Origin: an uncultured Lentisphaeria bacterium | GTDB taxonomy: Bacteria > Verrucomicrobiota > Lentisphaeria > Victivallales > UBA1829 | DNA length: 64,000 nucleotides | NCBI GenBank assembly: GCA_949287225.1 | Contig: CASEFP010000033.1 | Coordinates: 9,689 to 73,688 of the forward strand | Reading direction: 5' to 3' | Notes under the pieces: generated by a model | Database searches by the model: none | What the model was told of the DNA's origin: nothing | The model's input: only the letters and a program-made list of their open reading frames with translations | Translations under genes and position numbers: made by a program | Shown here: piece by piece, positions 34,783 to 41,821 of the stretch | How positions within the stretch are numbered: position 1 is the stretch's first letter | Layout of the letters: the number at the start of each line of letters is the position of its first letter

Positions 34783-37166
34783 TGCGGATTCAGTCCAAAC
34801 TCTTTCTGTTCATCGGGCTGACGGCAATGCTTGCCACCGGAGTGGCGCTCTGCATCGCCTTTCTTGCGATGAACCAGTTCCTTGCCCGTTTCCAGCTGCA
34901 GGAGTCGGCCTACTCCTCCCGCATCATGGCCGATACGACGAAGTCTGCGATTCTTTATGAAGCGAAACTCATTGACGAACAGGCAAACCTGCTGTTTGTC
35001 CAGCTGGAGAATCTCCTGAAAAACATCCGCATTCACGCGGGATGGGAAAAGGAGAAGGCCACGGAGCTGATCCGGGAGAATCCGCTGGCGGACCAGTATG
35101 TCCGCTGCAAGATCCGGGAAAACGAGCCGGATCGTTTTCTGCTGCTTCACTCCTACCCGGATACGATGCCGCCGATCTCTTGGAAACGCTCCCCGGAGCT
35201 GATCGACTTCATGCTCGCCCAGAAGGACAAGCGCGAGAGCCGTTCCCTCGTTTATTCCCCTGGCAATGAATTCGCGCCCGCCTCGCTGTGGCTGGTGCTT
35301 TACTACCGGACCGACCGGGACATAGAGAAAGGAATTCTTTCGGCCGCGATGGTGCGGCTTAACGATTTCTTCATTCCGCTGGTTCTTGTGAAGGAACCGA
35401 TGGATCAGCGCCATTACCTCCTGTATGACGGGGAGAATATCCTCTGCAAATCGCCGGAGCTGTTCTTCCCGCGGCATCGGATTGACCTTTACGAACTCTG
35501 CTCGCGGATAGACCAGCATATTTCCCGGAATGCCGGGACACATCTGATTCCGCAGGAGGACGGCGGTCTGCTCGGCTGTGCCGCTGCGGACATTCAGACG
35601 CCCGTCTACGGCGCCAGACAGCCGCGTCTGATCTGTTTCTTCAACTGTGAGGAGAATCTGCCGAATTTCTTCGATTACATTGATGCGCGCTTCCGTCTCG
35701 CGTTTTTCATCGCGGTGGGCATGGCGCTGGCGGGACTGCTTCTGCTGCTTCCCGTCATGCGGATCACGGCGCGAAGCATCGCGGATCCGATCGCGCGTGC
35801 GACCGCCTTTGCCAATGCGCTGGCGCGCAGCGAATTTCCCGCGGAACCCCTGAAAATGTCCGGCGCACAGGAGCTTGTGGTGCTCGGCAAATCGCTGAAC
35901 TTCATGCGCGACCGTCTCAGCAGCACGATTTCCAAATTGAAACGCAGTCATGAACGCGAATCCGCCGCGCGCAGGGACGCCGAGGATGCCAATGTTCTGA
36001 AATCCCAGCTCCTTTCCCGCCTCTCCATCGAACTGCGCAATCCGCTGAACTCCATCAAGGGGTTTTCCTCGCTGATCCTCAAGGATGTTGAAAAGCGGAA
36101 GGATCTTTATCCCTCCGAGCTCAAGCCGATTGCGGAGACCATTCACGAATGCGCGGAAAACCTCAACGACACGGTCAGTGCCCTGATCGAACTGGCGAAG
36201 CTCGACCAGCGCGTCCGCGCACCCCGTTTTGAGAAGGTGGATACCACCGCGCTGCTGAAAAACGTCATGGAGGAGAACAGTGCGAATGCAGCGCGTCGTT
36301 CCGTCTCGCTGGAGGGCCGTTATCTGCCGTCCGCGCTTCCGTTCATTGTCAGCGATCCGAGGATTCTTCTTCATGCGCTGTCCCTTGCCGAAACCAGTCT
36401 GATCCGTCTGCTTCCTCCAGGGGGAAAGGTGCTGATCTCCTGCGGTGGAGACTCCGAGCGCTTCCGTTTTACCGTCGAGGAGCGCCGTCCCGTTCCGGAA
36501 AGACCGCGCCGCTCCCTGGCTGCCGCTTATCAATACTATAAGACCGTCAGCCATGAGAATGTCACATCTGGCGAGGTCTCCTCGATTCTCAATCTGATGC
36601 TGATTGAGGAGAATGCCGAACTGCTTGGGGCGGAACTGTCCATTTCCGAAACGGAGGAAGGCAATGCCAGAATCGTCTTATCCCTGCGCAGAAGCGAAGT
36701 CATGAACGGGCTTTCTGATGAATCGCGGCACCGGGATGCGCTCTCGGATATCCGGACCGATTTTGTTCCGGAGCCTGCCCCTGGCCGGAACGGGGAAAAA
36801 CACAGGACCGTTGCCCCGCGCATTCTGGTCGTTGACGAGAACGATCTGAACCGGCGCCTGATTTCGATGATCCTTTCGGATACGAATGCCCGGCTGGAGT
36901 TTGCCGCTTCCGCTGCCGAATGCATGGAATTCCTCTCCTCGAAACGTTTCGACGTCCTGATCCTTGATCTGGATTCCAGCAGCTTGAACGGCGAGGAGAT
37001 CCTGAAGAAAGTCCGGGCGGACAAACACCATGAGACGGCGGTTATCATTCTCTCGTCCTATCTGGAGGAGGAGCTCAGATGCCGCTATGTGGCGCTCGGC
37101 GCGCGCTGCTGTCTGCTTAAACCGATCAGTATTGACGTTCTTCACGACGCTGTCCGCCGTGCATGA
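34779..37166 (+). CDS. Hybrid sensor 'histidine kinase' with degenerate catalytic boxes (pseudo-HK) plus receiver domain
   Basis: 795 aa with the architecture TM, roughly 300-aa extracytoplasmic region, TM, HAMP, DHp, CA-like, REC. The H-box reads 'LSRLSIELRNPLNSIKGF' with Ile in place of His (ATC at 36027-36029). The N, G1 and G2 boxes are absent ('LSLAETSLIRL', 'TVEERRP', 'SSILNL'). REC keeps 'VVDEND', 'ILDLD' and 'LLKP'. The start overlaps the kinase stop (ATGA). Confidence 0.8.
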   Translation: MMRIQSKLFLFIGLTAMLATGVALCIAFLAMNQFLARFQLQESAYSSRIMADTTKSAILYEAKLIDEQANLLFVQLENLLKNIRIHAGWEKEKATELIRENPLADQYVRCKIRENEPDRFLLLHSYPDTMPPISWKRSPELIDFMLAQKDKRESRSLVYSPGNEFAPASLWLVLYYRTDRDIEKGILSAAMVRLNDFFIPLVLVKEPMDQRHYLLYDGENILCKSPELFFPRHRIDLYELCSRIDQHISRNAGTHLIPQEDGGLLGCAAADIQTPVYGARQPRLICFFNCEENLPNFFDYIDARFRLAFFIAVGMALAGLLLLLPVMRITARSIADPIARATAFANALARSEFPAEPLKMSGAQELVVLGKSLNFMRDRLSSTISKLKRSHERESAARRDAEDANVLKSQLLSRLSIELRNPLNSIKGFSSLILKDVEKRKDLYPSELKPIAETIHECAENLNDTVSALIELAKLDQRVRAPRFEKVDTTALLKNVMEENSANAARRSVSLEGRYLPSALPFIVSDPRILLHALSLAETSLIRLLPPGGKVLISCGGDSERFRFTVEERRPVPERPRRSLAAAYQYYKTVSHENVTSGEVSSILNLMLIEENAELLGAELSISETEEGNARIVLSLRRSEVMNGLSDESRHRDALSDIRTDFVPEPAPGRNGEKHRTVAPRILVVDENDLNRRLISMILSDTNARLEFAASAAECMEFLSSKRFDVLILDLDSSSLNGEEILKKVRADKHHETAVIILSSYLEEELRCRYVALGARCCLLKPISIDVLHDAVRRA

Positions 37167-37271
37167 TTTTCTGTCGCGGGGGTGTGCATTTTCCCTGAAC
37201 AACGCTTTTCCCGCTGGAAAAACTTTTTTCCCGGTGTATATTTCTGTTTCAAGTTTTGAAGGAAGAATCTC

Positions 37272-38258
37272 ATGTCCACGAAGGAACACAAGAAAAAAAC
37301 GAAAAACGCCTTTCTGATGGAAGTGGAATACCGCTTGTTTCTGCTGCTGCCGCTTCTGATTCGTTCGCTGAGTCTGAAGCACGCCTACGCCCTGGCGAGG
37401 GTCTGCGGATGGATTTTCTACATGGTGGATTTCAAGCACCGGAAGCGTGCGATTACTCATATCCTTCACAGCGGCATCCGGACAACTCTGCCGGAGGCGA
37501 AGGCGCTGGCAAAGGCTAACTTCATTCACATGGTCAAAGTGTTTGTCGAGGTGGTGAAGTTCAATCAGATTGTCACGCCGGAGAATTATCACGAATACAT
37601 CCGTTTCGCATCGGATTCACCGGAGATGAATAAAATCATGGATCCGGAACATCCGGTCACGGCGATCCTTGCTTCCGCCCATCTGGGGAACTGGGAGCTC
37701 GCCGGGAACATCTACGCGATGCTTTCCGGGCAGAATCTCTGTTCAATCATGCGCCCGCTGGCAAACCGGAAGCTCGGGGAGTATTTCTATACTCACAGAA
37801 TGAGTAAAAAACATACGACCGTTTCCAAGGAAAAGGGGATCCGCCCGCTCCTTGCCGCACTGAACAGAGGCGATTCCATCGCGGTTGTTTCCGACCAGCA
37901 TGCGACTAAAACCGAGGGGGTTGAGATCACCTTTTTCGGACATCCGGCGCGGGCGCATATGACCGTTGCGCTCCTTCACCTGAAAACCGGGCATCCGATT
38001 CTGCCGATTCTTGCCATCCGTGAGGATGACAATTTCCACTTCATGCTGACCGGAACGGCGCCGATCCGTTACACGCCGACCGGAAACAAGGAGCATGACA
38101 TCCGCGAAATCACCCAGCTCTACTCCAACGGATTCGAGGAGCTGATCCGCAAATACCCCGAACAGTGGCTCTGGGCGCATCGCCGCTGGCTTGACTGCAA
38201 CCGGAACCACAAACACAAGGACAACGAACATGATCAAGAAGCCGGTCACGGACTTTGA
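37272..38258 (+). CDS. Lysophospholipid/lipid A acyltransferase (LpxL/HtrB family)
   Basis: 328 aa with an N-terminal TM. Motifs: 'SAHLGNWELAG' (H-x4-D/E acyltransferase motif) and 'PEQWLWAHRRW'. Confidence 0.75.
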   Translation: MSTKEHKKKTKNAFLMEVEYRLFLLLPLLIRSLSLKHAYALARVCGWIFYMVDFKHRKRAITHILHSGIRTTLPEAKALAKANFIHMVKVFVEVVKFNQIVTPENYHEYIRFASDSPEMNKIMDPEHPVTAILASAHLGNWELAGNIYAMLSGQNLCSIMRPLANRKLGEYFYTHRMSKKHTTVSKEKGIRPLLAALNRGDSIAVVSDQHATKTEGVEITFFGHPARAHMTVALLHLKTGHPILPILAIREDDNFHFMLTGTAPIRYTPTGNKEHDIREITQLYSNGFEELIRKYPEQWLWAHRRWLDCNRNHKHKDNEHDQEAGHGL

Positions 38259-38937
38259 TGCGCGCAGTGTGCTGGTTTCGCCCTCACTGCTTGCCGCCGA
38301 TTTCGCCGATCTCGCCAATGAAATCAAACGTGTCGAGGCCGCCGGCGCCGACCTGCTGCATCTTGACATCATGGACGGGCATTTCGTGCCGAATCTCACG
38401 ATGGGGCCGCCTGTGATCGCTTCGATCCGGAAACACTCCATCCTCACATTTGACACTCATCTGATGATTACTGATCCGATGAAATACGTCAAGCCCTTTT
38501 CCGCAGCGGGCGCCGATCACATCACGTTCCATCTGGAGTCCGACGACAATCCGGACGAGACGATCCGGGCAATCCGCGCGGAAGGCTGTTCCGTTGGAAT
38601 TTCCCTCAAGCCCGCTACGCCCGCTTCGGCGATCGTCAGCTATCTGGACAGGATCGATCTCGTGCTGGTGATGACCGTGGAGCCCGGATTCGGGGGGCAG
38701 TCGTTCATGGCGGACATGATTCCGAAGGTGGCGGAGATCCGCGCGCTGGCGGATAAACTCAATCCGAAACTTCATATCGAGGTGGACGGCGGAATCGACG
38801 GAGAGACCGCGCAGAAGATCGTTCCCGCCGGAGCCAACATGCTGGTTGCCGGAACCGCGGTCTTCCGGGCGCCGGACGGAGCGTCTGCCGCCGTCGAGCG
38901 CCTGCACAACGCGCAGAAACTTCTGCCCGCGCACTGA
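38230..38937 (+). CDS. rpe: Ribulose-phosphate 3-epimerase
   Basis: 235 aa from 'MIKKPVTDF'. Motifs: 'SPSLLAADFADLANEI', 'LHLDIMDGHFVPNLTMG', 'MTVEPGFGGQSF' and 'VDGGI'. The start overlaps the preceding gene by 29 nt. Confidence 0.9.
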   Translation: MIKKPVTDFDARSVLVSPSLLAADFADLANEIKRVEAAGADLLHLDIMDGHFVPNLTMGPPVIASIRKHSILTFDTHLMITDPMKYVKPFSAAGADHITFHLESDDNPDETIRAIRAEGCSVGISLKPATPASAIVSYLDRIDLVLVMTVEPGFGGQSFMADMIPKVAEIRALADKLNPKLHIEVDGGIDGETAQKIVPAGANMLVAGTAVFRAPDGASAAVERLHNAQKLLPAH

Positions 38938-38966
38938 CGCAATCCTGCGCGGCAGCGGCCCTCCTT

Positions 38967-40688
38967 ATGAAGCAGCTTTATTTCTTCCGGGATTATCTGG
39001 CGGAGTGTTACGGAAAAGCGCTCCAGCGGATTCCGTTTGATCTCGGGCTCTCCTGTCCCCACCGGAGGAAGGACGGTTCGGGCGGATGCGCCTTCTGTGC
39101 GGAGAACGGTGCGGCTGCGCGCCATCTTTCCTCTGAAATGAGTCTTGCGGAACAGGCGGCGCGCGGCATTGCCTATGTCCGGGAACGCTACGGGGCGGAG
39201 GCTCCTTATCTGGCTTACTTCCAGTCTTTTACGAATACCTTTGCCGAAGTGGACGTCCTGCGACGCCTCTATGAGGAGGCGCTTGGGACGGCGGATTACC
39301 GCGCCGTGCTGATCGCCACGCGCCCCGACTGCCTTTCCGACGACTGTATCAAATACCTTGCTTCGCTGAATCGCCGTTACGAGGTCTGGGTCGAGCTCGG
39401 CGTCCAGACCGCCAATGACCGCACCCTCCGGAAAATCAACCGGGGACACGACTTTGCCGCTGTCGAAGACGCGGTGAAACGCCTGGATGCTCACGGAATC
39501 AAGGTTGCCGCGCACGTCATTCTCGGCCTTCCCGGTGAAACGCAGTCCGACTTCCGCGCAACAGCGGAAAAGATTGCATCCCTGCCGTTTTCCGGGATCA
39601 AGGCGCACAATCTTCTGGTCTTGAAGGGCACCCCGATGGCGCGGATGTTCCATGACGGAGAGGTGAGTGCGCTCAACGAATACGAGTATGCCGATGCGCT
39701 TGCGGATTTCCTCGCCATTCTGCCCGAAAGGACCGTTGTCATGCGTCTCTGCGCCGATGCGGACGCTTCCGAGGTGATCGCGCCGAAATGGTGGATGAAA
39801 AAGGGGCAGTTTCTTTCGATGTTCCGCACGCTCTTCGAGGCGCGTGCAGCGGGGCGGGATGACGGTGTCCGCGTGGTGCGGACGGAGGACGGTTCCTGCA
39901 CGCTCTATCATCCCGGCTTCCGCCAGCATTTCCACAGTGTCGCGGGGGCGCGGACGGAGTCGTGGAAGAAATACATCGAGCCCTGCCGTGTGGAGGAGCG
40001 TCTGCGGGAGGGTTCCTCCGTTTCCGTGCTGGACATCGGTTTCGGAATGGGTTACAACGTCGCCGCCCTTGCGGAGCTTGCCGAACGCGCGGGAGCGGGT
40101 TTCCTCCGCGCCGTCTCTCTGGAAATGGACCGGACGACATTGCACCATGCGCTTTCCCTGCCGGATTTTCCCCGAAGGGATGTGCTGGAGGCCCTGGCTT
40201 CCGGCACGTGTTATCGAAGCCGTCATGCGGAGATCACAATTGCCTGGGGCGATGCGCGGCAATTTGTGCGCGATACGGCGGATTCCTTCGATTTTCTTTT
40301 TCTGGACGCGTTTTCTCCGGACCGGAATCCGGAGCTATGGACGCTCGATTTTGTCAGCGCATTGAAACGGATCCTGAAACCGGACGGCGTTCTGGCGACC
40401 TACTCAAGCGCATATCCGTTTCTCGGGGCGCTTCTTAAAAACGGCTTTTCTGTTGCGGAATCCACTCCGTTCGGAAGGAAGCGCGGCGGAATCGTTGCCT
40501 CGCTCCGGAGACTCGAACATCTTCCTGCGCTCCGGGAGAAGGACCGGCGCATTGCGCTCGAATCCACAGCGGGCACCCCGTATCGCGATCCGTCGCTCGA
40601 CTGGAGCCGGGAACAGATTCTCTCCGATCATGCCGCGCGCGTTATGGCGCTCCGGGCTTCGGGTGTTCCCAAATGGTTCCGCGCATAG
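38967..40688 (+). CDS. Fusion protein: TIGR01212-type radical SAM domain (YhcC/YtqA-like) plus MnmC-type SAM-dependent tRNA methyltransferase domain
   Basis: 573 aa. The N-terminal part carries 'CPHRRKDGSGGCAFC' (cf. the C-P-N-x-D-G...G-G-C-x-F-C cluster motif), 'YFQSFTNT' and 'GLPGET'. The C-terminal part, from about residue 305, carries 'EDGSCTLYHPGFRQHFHSVAGA', 'VLDIGFGMGYN' and 'FDFLFLDAFSPDRNPELWTLDF...DGVLATYSS' (cf. MnmC F-D-A-W-F-L-D-G-F-A-P-A-K-N-P-D-M-W). Confidence 0.75.
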   Translation: MKQLYFFRDYLAECYGKALQRIPFDLGLSCPHRRKDGSGGCAFCAENGAAARHLSSEMSLAEQAARGIAYVRERYGAEAPYLAYFQSFTNTFAEVDVLRRLYEEALGTADYRAVLIATRPDCLSDDCIKYLASLNRRYEVWVELGVQTANDRTLRKINRGHDFAAVEDAVKRLDAHGIKVAAHVILGLPGETQSDFRATAEKIASLPFSGIKAHNLLVLKGTPMARMFHDGEVSALNEYEYADALADFLAILPERTVVMRLCADADASEVIAPKWWMKKGQFLSMFRTLFEARAAGRDDGVRVVRTEDGSCTLYHPGFRQHFHSVAGARTESWKKYIEPCRVEERLREGSSVSVLDIGFGMGYNVAALAELAERAGAGFLRAVSLEMDRTTLHHALSLPDFPRRDVLEALASGTCYRSRHAEITIAWGDARQFVRDTADSFDFLFLDAFSPDRNPELWTLDFVSALKRILKPDGVLATYSSAYPFLGALLKNGFSVAESTPFGRKRGGIVASLRRLEHLPALREKDRRIALESTAGTPYRDPSLDWSREQILSDHAARVMALRASGVPKWFRA

Positions 40689-40723
40689 TAGGAAAACCGT
40701 GAGGAAATTCCTGTTCCCGGGGA

Positions 40724-41821
40724 TTATTCTGCCTTCCGCGGGGGTGCGGCGGCATTTCCGGTTTTGACGGGCATTTTCACGATCCGGTCATGCAGTTTCA
40801 CCTGATCGGAGACTAGAAAGAGATTGTCGTGGAAATAGCGGCGCTCAAAGTCGAGACGGTTTTGCAGATACGCCTTGCGTTTGAGGAGCTGATCTGCACT
40901 CTCTCCGGGGAGCTCCGCAACCTTGTCCGGATGGAAGAAGACCCGGACAACGGCATATTCGCGCTTGTCCTTCCGCGCAGACCGGAGGAGATACTCGAAT
41001 CCGTCCGCGCAGTGAAAATGGACGGAGCTCGTAAATGAGAGCTTTGCCGGATCCTCCATCGAGAGATCCAGCCCGAACGGTTTGGAGAGCAGGTCCGCCA
41101 GCTGGGAAAGCACGGCGGTGTCGACCTTCTCTCCGGCGGGAACCTCGGCCGTGAACGGGTGCGCGGTGTTGGCGCGGACCACGCTCCAGAGCGTTTTCCC
41201 ATTTTCCGTCGCGGTGATCCGGAGCGCCTTGTTCAGGTTGAAAAGCCTGAGCGGCTCCACCCATGCGGGAGGAATCGGGTGACAGTCCTCGAAAACCCGG
41301 GCGATCAGATAGACGCCGTCTCCGATCCGGACATAGCGCCCTTCGGCGTTTTCCGTCGGCGGCATGCCGGGCTCGGGTTTCACGAAATGGCCCTTCCCGA
41401 GAACGATCCGGAACTTCTGTGCGCCGGAAGCGTCGCGCAGCGTCACCGTGATGCCCGGTACAATCTGCGGATCGTCTGTAATCAGGCGGAGCCGTTCAAG
41501 AATTCCTCTGCCGCAGTCGTCCAGCTTCTTGACCACGCCGAGTGTGGAAAGCGACTCCAGAAGGCGTGCAACCTTGGTTCCCGATGCGTTTTTCCCGCCG
41601 CGTTCAGCAAGTTTCCAGTCTCCCTCTTTCTTTTCCAGCGTCACGCTGTTCGTGCGCCATTCGATTTTGATGGAGGCGATCTCATCCGGGCGGAAGCGGG
41701 GGATTTCCGAACGGATGTCCGCGGCGGTATTTGCCGTGTGCCCGCGCTTCAGCAGTGCAAGAGCGGCAAACACGGTCAGCAGCAGATAAAAGAGAAGCCA
41801 GAAGATCGTTTTCTTTTTCAT
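40724..41821 (-). CDS. DUF4340-domain protein (accessory to the GldG-type ABC system)
   Basis: 365 aa with an N-terminal TM anchor. 'IKIEWRTNSVTLEKKEGDWKL' is typical of DUF4340. The start overlaps the upstream stop (41818-41821). Confidence 0.65.
   Translation of the reverse strand: MKKKTIFWLLFYLLLTVFAALALLKRGHTANTAADIRSEIPRFRPDEIASIKIEWRTNSVTLEKKEGDWKLAERGGKNASGTKVARLLESLSTLGVVKKLDDCGRGILERLRLITDDPQIVPGITVTLRDASGAQKFRIVLGKGHFVKPEPGMPPTENAEGRYVRIGDGVYLIARVFEDCHPIPPAWVEPLRLFNLNKALRITATENGKTLWSVVRANTAHPFTAEVPAGEKVDTAVLSQLADLLSKPFGLDLSMEDPAKLSFTSSVHFHCADGFEYLLRSARKDKREYAVVRVFFHPDKVAELPGESADQLLKRKAYLQNRLDFERRYFHDNLFLVSDQVKLHDRIVKMPVKTGNAAAPPRKAE

Noticed and set aside
34638-40262. Long minus-strand ORFs 34638-36554 (638 aa) and 38772-40262 (496 aa).
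   Set aside because: They are antisense to the pseudo-HK gene and to the rpe and radical SAM fusion genes. They have a low-complexity Arg-rich composition, no motifs and no RBS context.
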